Under the pieces are notes generated by a model. The model made no database searches and was not told the origin of the DNA. It worked only from the letters and a program-made list of their open reading frames with translations. A stretch of 64,000 nucleotides of DNA, taken from IMG/VR virus record IMGVR_UViG_3300032234_000392, positions 64,001 to 128,000 of that record, one strand, 5' to 3'. This DNA is from a virus (lineage: Duplodnaviria; Caudoviricetes). Of the stretch, positions 1-10,161 are shown one piece after another (the first letter of the stretch is position 1; every line of letters starts with the position of its first letter). A program made the position numbers and the translations under genes.

Positions 1-875
1 TTGTGTCCGCTTTCCATTAGCGTATATAGATTGGGACGCTGGTCGAAGGCATGGTTAACAAGATGTTCTTCCCGTGACACACTATAATGTATAACAGGAC
101 GCTGACCACGCCAACTATCACTAATCCGTTTAAAACGATCGTCAGTTGCTTCAATATATTCTCCCGTTTTAATCCAATGATGATGTATATCTAGTACAAG
201 AGCACAATGATTCACCAGTTCAAGGCTAGCATCGATACCCCAAGCATTTTCATCATTCTCAATGGTAATGCAATTACGTGCCTCTGGACTTAGCTTAGGT
301 AATACTGCTTTGATACCGTCAGGACCTAGCTTGCCTGAGATATGCACATTAATCTTGAAGTCTTGGAATGTTTTACCATAGCCCATCCAACGTGCCATGT
401 CTACATGATATTCAAATTCTTCTATTGAGCGTTCAACAATGCCTGGATTAATACTAGCAAGCACAGTAAACTGGCCAGGATGGAAACTAAGCCTAACGTT
501 CCGTAGCCTAGCAATTTCGCCCACTTCCGCAAAATGCTTTTCTGCATAAGCTCTAACGTCCACACGACGCCAGAAATCGCAATAATCACGTTGGGTATAG
601 ACTGGAAGAATATCACTGCCAATACGAACCATTCGAAGCGATTCATCTTGTTCTCCTACTTTGGAGACTAGTTTACGAACACTCTCAATGTTTTGTTGCA
701 TCAAGTCCCATAGCTTCTGTTCAGCTACATCACGACTTTGACGATTAAGCCAGGCCACAGTAGTACTGCCAGTGTTGTACTGTTTGCAGTCGTCTTTAGG
801 TTTAATTCCGTCTAGTTGATCTGGACGGTCGATCCATTTGCAGGCAAAGCCAATTCGTTTAAGTGTCTGTGTCAT
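1..875 (-). CDS. uvsE: UV damage endonuclease UvsE/UVDE (3' end beyond window)
   Basis: Not in ORF track. Hand translation from ATG at 875: MTQTLKRIGFACKW...RLSFHPGQFTVLAS...INVHISG...ITIENDE...LVLDIHHHW, the UVDE TIM-barrel motifs; frame open to window start. Confidence 0.9.
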   Translation of the reverse strand, partial: MTQTLKRIGFACKWIDRPDQLDGIKPKDDCKQYNTGSTTVAWLNRQSRDVAEQKLWDLMQQNIESVRKLVSKVGEQDESLRMVRIGSDILPVYTQRDYCDFWRRVDVRAYAEKHFAEVGEIARLRNVRLSFHPGQFTVLASINPGIVERSIEEFEYHVDMARWMGYGKTFQDFKINVHISGKLGPDGIKAVLPKLSPEARNCITIENDENAWGIDASLELVNHCALVLDIHHHWIKTGEYIEATDDRFKRISDSWRGQRPVIHYSVSREEHLVNHAFDQRPNLYTLMESGH

Positions 876-881
876 AATACT

Positions 882-910
882 ATTATAACACAATCACCTC
901 CAGTTGTCAA
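882..910 (-). promoter_or_regulatory. sigma70 promoter, probably giving a leaderless uvsE mRNA
   Basis: TTGACA-17-TATAAT with TG extension; -10 ends 7 nt before the ATG. Confidence 0.75.
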
Positions 911-1694
911 GAACAAATTTATCCTGTACTGCACAAGGATTCGGATCGCCGTGAAAGACAGCCACTGAACATTCTGGATGTACAACTATGTCATCTTTGA
1001 CAGTTTTGAACTGTCGTTTACTGTTTATTACAACTAATTCTTCTCGACTACGAATTTCCCATTTGTAGCTTTGTATCCATTCTCTAGGCCAAAACTTTAG
1101 TTTACTTTGGCACAGTTTCCAAATCCAATCTTGATCTCCCTGCAGTCGTTGTGCATCTGCAGGTTTGGATTTAAATTCTTGATAGATATGGCTTTGAGTT
1201 CCGTGAGTCCATGCCATAACAGAACTGTTGAGATATTTCCAACTTGCATAAAATTTTCTATTAAAGTCATGAATGCCCAAAAACTGATCTTGACAGTAAA
1301 GACCTAACTTGTCTATATTGGAACAGATTACAACATCAAGATCAAAATATAGTATTCTACCTCGCAATGGTAAGTTAGCATCAAACATGTGTACTTTATG
1401 CCACCATCCTCTTTGATAGTTGGCATTTGGTTGATATATAGTTCTTACACCTTCGATAGTGTGTTGGTCGTCAGTAAGGCAGGCAAACTCATAGGGTATG
1501 GTCATATGTCGGCTAACCATATTACGCAGTCGTTCTACATATTCACGGCCATATTTGTTGCCAAATCTCACGCAGAGAACCGTGAGTTTTCCGTCTAACT
1601 CTGGAGAAATATGTTTTTCTGCTTTAGACAGAGCCTTTAGTGCCTTGGCTTCTCTCTTGATTCGTTTACGTTCTTCTTTTGACAAGTCCATCAA
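894..1694 (-). CDS. GT-A fold glycosyltransferase-like protein
   Basis: [33 protein letters not shown], DxD motif [26 protein letters not shown]. Confidence 0.7.
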   Translation of the reverse strand: MMDLSKEERKRIKREAKALKALSKAEKHISPELDGKLTVLCVRFGNKYGREYVERLRNMVSRHMTIPYEFACLTDDQHTIEGVRTIYQPNANYQRGWWHKVHMFDANLPLRGRILYFDLDVVICSNIDKLGLYCQDQFLGIHDFNRKFYASWKYLNSSVMAWTHGTQSHIYQEFKSKPADAQRLQGDQDWIWKLCQSKLKFWPREWIQSYKWEIRSREELVVINSKRQFKTVKDDIVVHPECSVAVFHGDPNPCAVQDKFVLDNWR

Positions 1695-2496
1695 TGGCTA
1701 CCAGCTCTTCTAAAATATTTTTAAGATTATCCAATTTAATCATATTAGGACCATCACTAGGTGCGTTTTCTGGATCTTCGTGAGTTTCCATAAACACCCC
1801 TGCTACACAGCCAGTAGCTACAGCAGCCCTCGCCAAGTAGGGCACCATTTCGCGGTCTCCGCCTGAGACTGATCCCAAGCCTCCAGGCTGTTGTACAGAA
1901 TGTGTTGCATCAAAGACAACGGGATAACCAGTACGTGCCATAATAGGTAGGCTGCGCATATCAACCACAAGATTATTGTATCCATGAGTATATCCTCTTT
2001 CGCATAACATAATTCGTTCGTTTCCGGTTGAAGCAATCTTTGCCGCAACGTTTTTCATATCGTGGGGTGCAAGGAACTGACCTTTTTTCACATTGATTGC
2101 ACACCCAGTGGCACCAGCCGCTAATAATAGATCAGTTTGTCTACATAAGAATGCAGGAATCTGTAATATATCAATTCCTGCATCAGCACAGATCTGTGCT
2201 TGATATGTTTCGTGAATGTCAGTCAGCACTGGAATTCCAAATTCGTGTTTGATTGAATTTAAAATTTTTAAGCCTTCGTCGATACCAATGCCCCTTTGTG
2301 TATTAACACTGCTTCGATTGGCTTTGTCAAAGCTGCTTTTATAGACAAGATCGATATCTAGTTCATCGCAGATTTCTTTAATGCGGCCTGCAGTCTGCTC
2401 AGCATGATCCTGACTTTCAATTTGGCAGGGACCTGCTATAAGAAATATTTTATTAGAGTTGCTGGCAACAACTCGGTTTATTGAAAATGTACGCAT
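1666..2496 (-). CDS. kdsA: 3-deoxy-D-manno-octulosonate 8-phosphate (KDO8P) synthase
   Basis: [64 protein letters not shown]. Confidence 0.96.
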   Translation of the reverse strand: MRTFSINRVVASNSNKIFLIAGPCQIESQDHAEQTAGRIKEICDELDIDLVYKSSFDKANRSSVNTQRGIGIDEGLKILNSIKHEFGIPVLTDIHETYQAQICADAGIDILQIPAFLCRQTDLLLAAGATGCAINVKKGQFLAPHDMKNVAAKIASTGNERIMLCERGYTHGYNNLVVDMRSLPIMARTGYPVVFDATHSVQQPGGLGSVSGGDREMVPYLARAAVATGCVAGVFMETHEDPENAPSDGPNMIKLDNLKNILEELVAIDGLVKRRT

Positions 2497-2520
2497 ATTA
2501 TTATTTATGCGTATATTCTG

Positions 2521-2970
2521 TTAGACTTCGTAGATTGCGGAGTTAGCACCGTGCTCAGCACATTCAACTCGCACACAATAACACCGATTATTAGTTTTTT
2601 CACGGATCAATTGATCGGCAAAGTTAAAAGCGTGTTCTGCAAACTTTTCTGCACCTACACCATCAAACATTCTAATCTCTGCTAGGCCTAGTGCTTCTAA
2701 TTCTTGGAATTTGGCCAAGTGAGGATCGGCTATATCTAATGCCAACTTGTGATCAAAATGGTCTTCTAGCCATGCCTTTAAGGCTTTAAGTCCACCAAAG
2801 TCTACTGCCCAGTTCTTGTTGTCTAATGAGTCACAACCAAATGTAAACGTAAATGCTAAACTATAACCATGTAGCAAATGACAGTGACTGTGATCTGCAT
2901 TAGGTTGCCGAAATACCGCTGACAGACCAATGTTGTGTCCGTAATGTTTTGTTGAAAGATATTTTGCCAT
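2521..2970 (-). CDS. queD: 6-carboxytetrahydropterin synthase (QueD/PTPS family)
   Basis: SHCHLLHGY, VDFGGLK, FDHK, C-terminal E-H-G-A-N-S-A-I-Y; start taken at MAKYLST after AAAGGAG SD. Confidence 0.88.
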   Translation of the reverse strand: MAKYLSTKHYGHNIGLSAVFRQPNADHSHCHLLHGYSLAFTFTFGCDSLDNKNWAVDFGGLKALKAWLEDHFDHKLALDIADPHLAKFQELEALGLAEIRMFDGVGAEKFAEHAFNFADQLIREKTNNRCYCVRVECAEHGANSAIYEV

Positions 2971-2997
2971 CTCTAGTCTCCTTTGTATCGGTAGCAA

Positions 2998-3047
2998 GTT
3001 TGATGACTGCAGAATTTTTATAGAGGGATGATGCCATAAAGTCCTCT
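2998..3047 (-). promoter_or_regulatory. preQ1-I-like riboswitch aptamer variant upstream of queD
   Basis: AGAGG-ACUUUAUGGCAUCAUC-CCUCU-AUAAAAA; loop AUGGC can pair with downstream GUCAU. Confidence 0.55.
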
Positions 3048-3071
3048 GTGCCGCTGTGTGTCTATTGTAAT

Positions 3072-3100
3072 ATTATATTACCTTTGTATTTATAATGCAA
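3072..3100 (-). promoter_or_regulatory. sigma70 promoter for the queD leader
   Basis: TTGCAT-17-TATAAT. Confidence 0.6.
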
Positions 3101-3686
3101 CAAATTTTACATTATTTTTCTGCCATTCTTTGGGCATAGCCCAGGCAGCGTGATTGATTACAGTAAATTGGCTTTGTGGATAATGTTTGAATATTAGTTC
3201 GGTGTGATATACCCAATATGAATAATCTACTGCTTGCGCATCTGTTTTGGCATAGTTTGGGGTGCCTTTGTAGAGATTGTTCACCCTATCATGTGTGGGA
3301 TATAGATCAAAACCCACTAGAGTAATTTCTTTAAATCCCAAATATGCTGCTAATAAAATAGCATAACAGCCGCTGCCCCAGTGATCGGGATGATCTCTTT
3401 TGGATTCGCCGATGATAGGAATCGGGGGAAGATGTTGTATTCGTTTATTTTTTAGTATTTTACGGAAATAATGATACCAACTGTCTCTGACATAGATCAG
3501 CGTGTCGCCAATATTGGGATTAACAATCGCTTCAGCAACCATTCTGCGATCACAGCAGATTAAATGATCGATTTTAATATCTCTATGTATGCCATTACAG
3601 CCGATTAAGGTATGTGTTGATCGATATGATTCTAGATTAACACCGCGTCTACTTTCGCCGTTGCCGACAACTACAGCCTGAGACAT
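3090..3686 (-). CDS. DUF115/CstII-like Rossmann protein, putative glycosyltransferase
   Basis: VVVGNGESR, LIGCNG, HLICCD, GSG..A..LA..LGFKEITLVGFD. Confidence 0.55.
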   Translation of the reverse strand: MSQAVVVGNGESRRGVNLESYRSTHTLIGCNGIHRDIKIDHLICCDRRMVAEAIVNPNIGDTLIYVRDSWYHYFRKILKNKRIQHLPPIPIIGESKRDHPDHWGSGCYAILLAAYLGFKEITLVGFDLYPTHDRVNNLYKGTPNYAKTDAQAVDYSYWVYHTELIFKHYPQSQFTVINHAAWAMPKEWQKNNVKFVAL

Positions 3687-4525
3687 TATTCAATCCTACC
3701 GAAACCGCTCCATAGGCCTGGATTGCCCGCTCTGGTACAGACCCAACCAATAAAACGTCCAGGTTGGGGACTGTTGTTCCATAGAATATCACCTTCGTTG
3801 AATGCTCCACTAGTAGGTGCTTCGCTGCCGCTGAGATGTAGTTTGTCGTTGAACTTAATAGCACCGCTGACATGAAGGTCAGTCCTTGGATCAATGGATG
3901 AAACGTTTACACCTAACGATCCTACTATCTTAACCTTTGTAGGTCCAAAATTTGGATTGCCTAGAGTAATATCACCTCCAGCACCAATGGTAAGTCTTGC
4001 GGTGTTGTCTGTGACCAGTTCTAGATCAGCTGAGTTGAATGTGCCCATGCTGCCCACATTAGGTTCGCTGGCTCCAAATACCAACTCAATATTTTGATCT
4101 AGGATACTCAGTGTGGCATTAGGTTGATCAGTGCCTATGCCTAGTCTATCTGTAGTAGCATCGTATACTAGATATTGATTAACACTTAGTCCGCCATCTA
4201 CAATAAGACCTTTTAAACGTCCTACTTCACGTAGATTACTTTTTGTAATTGTTGATCCTAATTCGGTATCGTCGATAATCTTAACATTATTAACAGATAT
4301 ACCTTTGCCTTTGGCAAGATCGATAGTTTCAGACACAAAAAATCTACCAGGGTTGGCTGCATATATTAACTGTTTGTTATAACCATCACCTGACCAAATC
4401 AATCCCTTGCCGGGAATATCACCTTTAAAGTTGATAATTGGCACTTCTGCTACATTAACATCTTGACCATTTTCTAAAACTTCTCTGAGAGCGGTTAATA
4501 ATGATTCTATTTTTTGATCAGCCAT
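3686..4525 (-). CDS. virion structural / fibre-like protein (paralog of 4525-5643)
   Basis: RLGIGTDQPNATL repeat type; C-terminal PTSGAFNEGDILWN...GWVCTRAGNPGLW module. Confidence 0.55.
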   Translation of the reverse strand: MADQKIESLLTALREVLENGQDVNVAEVPIINFKGDIPGKGLIWSGDGYNKQLIYAANPGRFFVSETIDLAKGKGISVNNVKIIDDTELGSTITKSNLREVGRLKGLIVDGGLSVNQYLVYDATTDRLGIGTDQPNATLSILDQNIELVFGASEPNVGSMGTFNSADLELVTDNTARLTIGAGGDITLGNPNFGPTKVKIVGSLGVNVSSIDPRTDLHVSGAIKFNDKLHLSGSEAPTSGAFNEGDILWNNSPQPGRFIGWVCTRAGNPGLWSGFGRIE

Positions 4526-5643
4526 TATGAATTTCCAATTTTACCAAACGGTTCCCATAGTCCAGGAGTTCCTGCCTGAACACAAACCCAACCTACATAT
4601 CGATTAATCATCGGTTCTGAGTTCCAAACTATGTCACCTTGGTTATATGATCCTGCTGTAGGATAACTACGGTCTACTCGCTGTAGTCTATTACCAAACT
4701 TCACAGCGCCAGCAACATGTAGATCCACCTCTGGATCAGGGGTTGACACCCTTACTGACAGTTTGCCATGGACAGATACCTGTACAGGAGGTAGCTTAGG
4801 ATTACCTAGCTGAATATTACCGCCTGCTGCTATAATAATTCTAGCAGAGTTATCTGTGACAATGTCTAGACTATGACTAGCATGTGTTCCGATATATCCG
4901 CGAACACTGTCTTTGGTTCCAACAACAACTTCAATACCATCTTCGCAGACGCTAAGAGCTGCATTGGGACTGTCTGTTCCTAGTCCAAGTCTATTAGTAC
5001 TAGAGTAAAATGTTAGATACTGACCAATGCTGACATCACCGTCTACAATTAATCCGTTTAATCTACCAACTTCACGCAAATTACTTTTTGTAATTGTTGG
5101 ACCTAATTCTTTTTCGTCAATTAACTTAATATTGTTAACAGTAATACTCTTACCACGAGCAAAGTCTAAGTTTTCTGAAACAAAAAATCTGTCTGGATTG
5201 GCAGCAAAAATAAACTGTTTGGTATTACCTTGCCCTGCCCAAAGTAATCCCTTTCCCTCTAGATTTTTACTAGAAAAAACAATCGGAATATCTTTTTCAA
5301 AAGTAATATCAGCTTTAATTTCTTTAACTTCTAATACATCAGTTTTAATCACAGACGCAGTAACAGTACCAGCTACACCTAGATCTTGAATATGATCTAC
5401 AGTAAGTGATGTAATATGTACACCGTCATCTTTTAACAATAACTGCTGTGTCGATGCTTGGTCAGCAATGCCTGTACTGGCAAAATTTTGTATTTTACCG
5501 CCATTAATATGATCTCCACTTAGCGATCTAAATGGAATTTTTTTAATAAATTCTTTAGGACTAGTTAAAAAACTATCCGGGTCTTGGCCTTTTAGCGCAT
5601 CTGCAAGTGCAGCCAATGCTTGATCAATATTGGTTTTGTTCAT
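4525..5643 (-). CDS. virion structural / fibre-like protein (paralog of 3686-4525)
   Basis: Shares ITKSNLREVGRL, RLGLGTDSPNA, PTAGSYNQGDIVWN...GWVCVQAGTPGLW; likely start MNKTNID. Confidence 0.55.
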   Translation of the reverse strand: MNKTNIDQALAALADALKGQDPDSFLTSPKEFIKKIPFRSLSGDHINGGKIQNFASTGIADQASTQQLLLKDDGVHITSLTVDHIQDLGVAGTVTASVIKTDVLEVKEIKADITFEKDIPIVFSSKNLEGKGLLWAGQGNTKQFIFAANPDRFFVSENLDFARGKSITVNNIKLIDEKELGPTITKSNLREVGRLNGLIVDGDVSIGQYLTFYSSTNRLGLGTDSPNAALSVCEDGIEVVVGTKDSVRGYIGTHASHSLDIVTDNSARIIIAAGGNIQLGNPKLPPVQVSVHGKLSVRVSTPDPEVDLHVAGAVKFGNRLQRVDRSYPTAGSYNQGDIVWNSEPMINRYVGWVCVQAGTPGLWEPFGKIGNS

Positions 5644-5665
5644 GATAAGGTATTTATCAATAAAC

Positions 5666-5691
5666 AAAAAGCGGGCATCGAGCCCGCTTTT
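5666..5691 (-). terminator. intrinsic terminator (possibly bidirectional)
   Basis: AAAAAGCGGGC-ATCGA-GCCCGCTTTT hairpin just downstream of 5709-6896. Confidence 0.8.
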
Positions 5692-5708
5692 ACTGAGTAT
5701 TTACTTGG

Positions 5709-6896
5709 TTATTGTATTCTAAGCAGTATAACTTCTTCGTTAATACGTCCGTTTAATTTAATATCTACGGCTTTAATATCATCTAAGAACTTACGCAACT
5801 GTACTTTACCAGCAGCCTTAAACTCTTTTAACTGCTCTTCGGGCTTGCGCAGTGTCTTTTGTACGCTGAGATTTTCATTAAATCCGATAATTGAGGTACC
5901 TTTGACACTGAGTTCTAGATATTCTGCTGCCACATACTTGCCTAATTTGCGTGACTTAGTGTTATAAACCCACAGTTCTTTAGCACCAACAATGTCTGCA
6001 GGATTAATAGATACTAGCTTTAACGGCTCGTTAGACTTTTGATACTTGAGTTTGGCAATGATCTTCTCTACAGGCTTGGCTTTCTTAGCACGTGGAGCAC
6101 GATTGACCTTGGCTTCTTGTGCCAGCATATCGCAGGCTGACAGAATTTCATTGTAAAACGCAGTGATCTTTTTCAACTGTGCCTTAGACAAATGACTGTA
6201 GCCTTCTTTTAATTGCTCACATTCACCTTCGGCAACTTCGAGATACTCGTTATATTGACGTTGATAGATGTCTTTGATCATACGAGCATGAGCGGCCTTG
6301 GCCTGCTTGCCTTTGAGCAAGTTCAATACCTTAAATGCTTTTGGATCGAATGTTTCGGGATCTGCACTAAACAACTCAATAGCATCTTCTAGTTCATCTG
6401 TCATACGAGCAGCCGCTTCACGTAAGCGTTCTTGAATACTAGGCTGTGCTACCACAGGCTTAGCCGCTTCGATGGCTTTGGTTTCTTCATCATCGATATC
6501 GTCTTTACCTTCTGATACAACTTTGGCAATAGCTTCTTTGAGCCATTTAGCAGTATCACGACCATCATTAAAGTCCGCACGTACCGCAGGCATACCTTTT
6601 AGTAGGCAGGCAGCAATAGCACCCATTGTGGTACCGCAACGATTGTCTTTGGTCTTTTTAAACTCAGCGACTTCGGCTTTGGTATAACCGTTAGCAGTCA
6701 TCCAGTTGATGACTTTTGGCTTGAGCTCTTTATTAGATGACTCTAAGCGATACCAAGTCATAGACTGATGAAAGTGTCGTAGGAACTGATTTGTGTCCAT
6801 TTGGTCAGCATTATCCCATTTTGGACTTAGATCTTTGCCACGGTTCTCGCGAGCCTTGGTCAAATGTTTGTTTGCTTTGAGTTTTGTAGCTGCCAT
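5709..6896 (-). CDS. phage hypothetical protein (395 aa, Lys-rich)
   Basis: Long ORF with GGAG SD and upstream consensus promoter. Confidence 0.75.
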   Translation of the reverse strand: MAATKLKANKHLTKARENRGKDLSPKWDNADQMDTNQFLRHFHQSMTWYRLESSNKELKPKVINWMTANGYTKAEVAEFKKTKDNRCGTTMGAIAACLLKGMPAVRADFNDGRDTAKWLKEAIAKVVSEGKDDIDDEETKAIEAAKPVVAQPSIQERLREAAARMTDELEDAIELFSADPETFDPKAFKVLNLLKGKQAKAAHARMIKDIYQRQYNEYLEVAEGECEQLKEGYSHLSKAQLKKITAFYNEILSACDMLAQEAKVNRAPRAKKAKPVEKIIAKLKYQKSNEPLKLVSINPADIVGAKELWVYNTKSRKLGKYVAAEYLELSVKGTSIIGFNENLSVQKTLRKPEEQLKEFKAAGKVQLRKFLDDIKAVDIKLNGRINEEVILLRIQ

Positions 6897-6928
6897 ATGC
6901 CTGCTCCTATTCGTTAAACAATACTTAT

Positions 6929-6957
6929 ATTATAACACCATTTTAGGAGTTTGTCAA
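6929..6957 (-). promoter_or_regulatory. sigma70 promoter
   Basis: TTGACA-17-TATAAT with TG extension. Confidence 0.75.
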
Positions 6958-7145
6958 CTCTGCTCAAAGCGTTTGATTTCTTCCAAATCGCCAACTTCGT
7001 TTTCCTGGAACACCACAACTGTTAGAAAGCCCAATTCCAAAGTAGCCTCTGCAATTTCAAGTGCCTGTGTTCGACTAGGAGTAGTGTCGATTAGTTCTTC
7101 ATGCCCATCTTCTTCCTGAGCCCAAATTTCATATAGTTCAAACAT
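6954..7145 (-). CDS. hypothetical protein
   Basis: Acidic small ORF in a tightly packed operon. Confidence 0.6.
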   Translation of the reverse strand: MFELYEIWAQEEDGHEELIDTTPSRTQALEIAEATLELGFLTVVVFQENEVGDLEEIKRFEQS

Positions 7146-7153
7146 AGTTTTAC

Positions 7154-7555
7154 TTAGTTGTTATCGGGCCATTCACTAGGAATCCACCCAATTTTTTTAA
7201 GATCTTCTTTAATTTCATCAGTGACCGTACCTTCTGGAACATAACCACGTTTATCGAATCGTGCTTTGGCTTCTTCATCGGTTTCATCATCAAAAGCAGC
7301 AAACCCGCCCATACCAGAACAGTAGTAATCCATGTAATCTTCGCTACCGCCCCTAAGCTGAGCTACAACCCCTCCAGCTGAACGCCAAGAACACGTCCAA
7401 AAATCATCCTTGAGTACAGGTAGCACTTCTAATTTTTGCCAACGCATATTACAAAATGCTGCGTATAAATTTTGGGCATACTGTTTGTCTGACCGAATCT
7501 TCTTTAGAATTTCGTCTGAACGATAAAGGTCTTCGACTAGATCAGGACTGCTCAT
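7154..7555 (-). CDS. hypothetical protein
   Basis: ORF with YAAFCNMRW and WTCSWRSAGG; overlaps neighbour. Confidence 0.7.
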   Translation of the reverse strand: MSSPDLVEDLYRSDEILKKIRSDKQYAQNLYAAFCNMRWQKLEVLPVLKDDFWTCSWRSAGGVVAQLRGGSEDYMDYYCSGMGGFAAFDDETDEEAKARFDKRGYVPEGTVTDEIKEDLKKIGWIPSEWPDNN

Positions 7556-8552
7556 TTGGGTCGAACTTTAAACCACGCCATTTTACAATGCCTTTGGCTT
7601 TTTTACCATCTTCTTTCCAAGAACGGCCAGTCCATTTGCACATACGTTCGATAGGGAATGGCCAAGTTGTGGATTCGAACTCGCATTCGTATTCGCCTTT
7701 GTGTTCTGGTTTAATATCGATTTTGAACCATTCTGTTTTGTCTTTGTCTGAATATTCTTCCGATTCACCAAATTCTTCTTTAAATTTGTCAACAATTTTT
7801 TCTAATTCTTCTACAGGATCCCAATCTTCAGTAGTTTCAGATACACATGCCGGATCTAGCACTTCATCCTCATCAGGTAATTCGTAGCGTTCCCAGTTAC
7901 CATTGTCGTCGATAAGACGTACCATGTCCATGTCCGAACTCTTGCCGTCGGTACTACCACCGTAGTTTTCAATCTCTTCATCATCGTAGTAGACACTGTT
8001 AACGAGTTCTTCGCCGTCGATTTCGTCGTAATTCAATACCAATTTTTCAATGTCAAATGGTGCTTTGAGTTCGATTTCGCCTTCAAAGAATGTGCCTTTT
8101 TCATTGCTGGAGCCAATGAATACCACTTCGCCTTTCTTGGCCATGCCCACCCAGACTTCGTCGTTGCAACTCCATCCTGGGCTGTCTTCGCAACCATCAC
8201 AGGCTTCTAAACTTTTTTCAAATATAGTATTGCCGTTTTCATCTTCGATCTGTATGGTTCCTGCATTGCGGTTTACACCGTGAACATGTCCCATGCCGTC
8301 GCACTCATACCATGATCCTGGAGTAAACGGTAGCATGTCTGGGTCTAATCCTCGATCTTCGACAATTTCATCATAGTCACCCCAAGCCATATCTACTAAA
8401 TCAATTCGATGCTTAATACAGTAGTCCCAAACCTTAGGATCTACTCGTCCCATAACTTTCTCACCACCGTATCCCCACATTTGAATCTTGTAGGTGCGAG
8501 GTGTAAATTTTAGAATTTCAATTAACTCTTGTTTTTCTTGATTAGTTGCCAC
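7542..8552 (-). CDS. hypothetical acidic protein
   Basis: 336 aa ORF coupled to neighbours. Confidence 0.7.
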   Translation of the reverse strand: MATNQEKQELIEILKFTPRTYKIQMWGYGGEKVMGRVDPKVWDYCIKHRIDLVDMAWGDYDEIVEDRGLDPDMLPFTPGSWYECDGMGHVHGVNRNAGTIQIEDENGNTIFEKSLEACDGCEDSPGWSCNDEVWVGMAKKGEVVFIGSSNEKGTFFEGEIELKAPFDIEKLVLNYDEIDGEELVNSVYYDDEEIENYGGSTDGKSSDMDMVRLIDDNGNWERYELPDEDEVLDPACVSETTEDWDPVEELEKIVDKFKEEFGESEEYSDKDKTEWFKIDIKPEHKGEYECEFESTTWPFPIERMCKWTGRSWKEDGKKAKGIVKWRGLKFDPNEQS

Positions 8553-8883
8553 GTTCTATCTCTCTAAAAGTTTTTACTTCTTTGGATGCTGTTTTTAAAG
8601 TTTCAGCATAATTCAATGCCTGCTGTTCAGTCATGATGATTGATGCCTCGTATTCAACATAACCTTTGGTCAGCAACTGCCAAGCAGTTTGAAAACGTGT
8701 GTGTGCCCACCATTTAGATTTGAGTTTGACATAGGTAGTGACGGTGACTCCTGTGCTGTCTGCTTCGACCCACACATTATGCTCACAGTCGCTGCCACAA
8801 CAGGAACAGGGAACCGAATAGCTTTTAGAGTCTCCCCAATCCCCACGCTTCATAATACCTTCTGCTGGAGTTTGTGCCTTCAT
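8542..8883 (-). CDS. hypothetical protein (possible Zn-binding CxCC...H)
   Basis: ORF track; overlapping start and stop with neighbours. Confidence 0.65.
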   Translation of the reverse strand: MKAQTPAEGIMKRGDWGDSKSYSVPCSCCGSDCEHNVWVEADSTGVTVTTYVKLKSKWWAHTRFQTAWQLLTKGYVEYEASIIMTEQQALNYAETLKTASKEVKTFREIERGN

Positions 8884-9098
8884 TGTATTACAGGCCCTTC
8901 TAATTTTTTGACATTATCGCGACTAGCATAAATGGTCTCTGCCATCATTTCATATTCTTCAGGACTAAGCATAGTTCTATAAATGGTCATGGCTTGTGCT
9001 GTCATAACTCCAGCCACTTCCAACGGTTCGTGATGTTCTGACAACTCCGAAATCACAGTCCATAACTTTGCGTAAATTTCTTCTAAAGTATTATCCAT
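8880..9098 (-). CDS. hypothetical protein
   Basis: ORF with AAAGG SD; TTGACC-17-TACAAT at 9164-9192. Confidence 0.65.
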   Translation of the reverse strand: MDNTLEEIYAKLWTVISELSEHHEPLEVAGVMTAQAMTIYRTMLSPEEYEMMAETIYASRDNVKKLEGPVIQ

Positions 9099-9254
9099 TT
9101 TGCCTTTGTTTATATCTATATTCTCGTTTAAGCCAATATTTGTAGGTGTTCCAATATTGTTTAATTGTAACAGAATCTTGACCGAAGGTCAATCGTTCTT
9201 CACAGTTTTCCATCCAAATACGCTGAACCCAAAGTCTAAAGGCACTGATTGGTT

Positions 9255-10091
9255 TTACGTCCATAGTCCATTCCTTACTTTGATTAGTCGAATCATCATT
9301 GCTTCATCTTCTTTTTCATAGTCTGCTTCGATCTTTTGAAGCAGTTTATGTGCTTTAGTTTGTGCTTTTTTAAACACAGGATCTTTTGGAATACCCCAAC
9401 TTAACTTACCACCATTAGCTTCACGTTGTGCTTCGCAAGCCGCAGTCCATCCACTGGCTTCGTAAGGGTCAGGACGGTTGCGATAGGTAGTAGTCCACCA
9501 AGTGTACAAGTCTAGTATTTCTTGTGCTTTAACTGCCTGTGGAGTAAGTTCTCCGAGATCTTTAAAGTCCTTGCCAACTTCATCTTCGTTCCAACGTAGA
9601 TTACGTTGCCATTCGAGATTGTCTAATCCTGCTTGAGGGCAGCGCCAGGTGCGCCAACGGAACCAACCACTGGCCCAGAACGGTGCGTTATACTTGTCAC
9701 GTTCTTCCTCGTTCCAAGCAATGTGCCACCATGCTAGTTCAATTTCCACAAAGTCTACAAGCTCGTTAAAAAGACAAGGAAGAAATCGATTGCCAACATC
9801 GCACCATTGTCCTGGTTTAATGTCCTTGGTATGTGCAGTAAGACTGTGAGTTCGACTGACCCAACGATTATTAATATAGTATTTGATTGAATGCAGAGTA
9901 TCGGGAATAAAATAAACTACATTAGAAATATAATCTAGCCCTTCTTCGGCTAACCAATACCGTATTCGACTATAGCCTTGGGCTTTTCTACCCCATTCGT
10001 CCCACTGTTCAGACGTGCCAGCAGATGGTTTTGGAGTTCCGCGAACCCAATCTGCAAACTTGCTACAACTCCAATAGTGGGACCTGCTCAT
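9255..10091 (-). CDS. phage hypothetical protein (Trp-rich)
   Basis: 278 aa ORF with AAGGA SD; TTGACA-17-TATAAT at 10128-10156. Confidence 0.7.
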   Translation of the reverse strand: MSRSHYWSCSKFADWVRGTPKPSAGTSEQWDEWGRKAQGYSRIRYWLAEEGLDYISNVVYFIPDTLHSIKYYINNRWVSRTHSLTAHTKDIKPGQWCDVGNRFLPCLFNELVDFVEIELAWWHIAWNEEERDKYNAPFWASGWFRWRTWRCPQAGLDNLEWQRNLRWNEDEVGKDFKDLGELTPQAVKAQEILDLYTWWTTTYRNRPDPYEASGWTAACEAQREANGGKLSWGIPKDPVFKKAQTKAHKLLQKIEADYEKEDEAMMIRLIKVRNGLWT

Positions 10092-10161
10092 GACGATGTT
10101 CCTTAAAAGTTTCTGTCGAACACTTTAATTATACTATCTTTACTAAAACATGTCAATATGT

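Noticed and set aside
422-646. 74-aa hydrophobic ORF
   Set aside because: Alternative frame inside uvsE, which has clear family motifs
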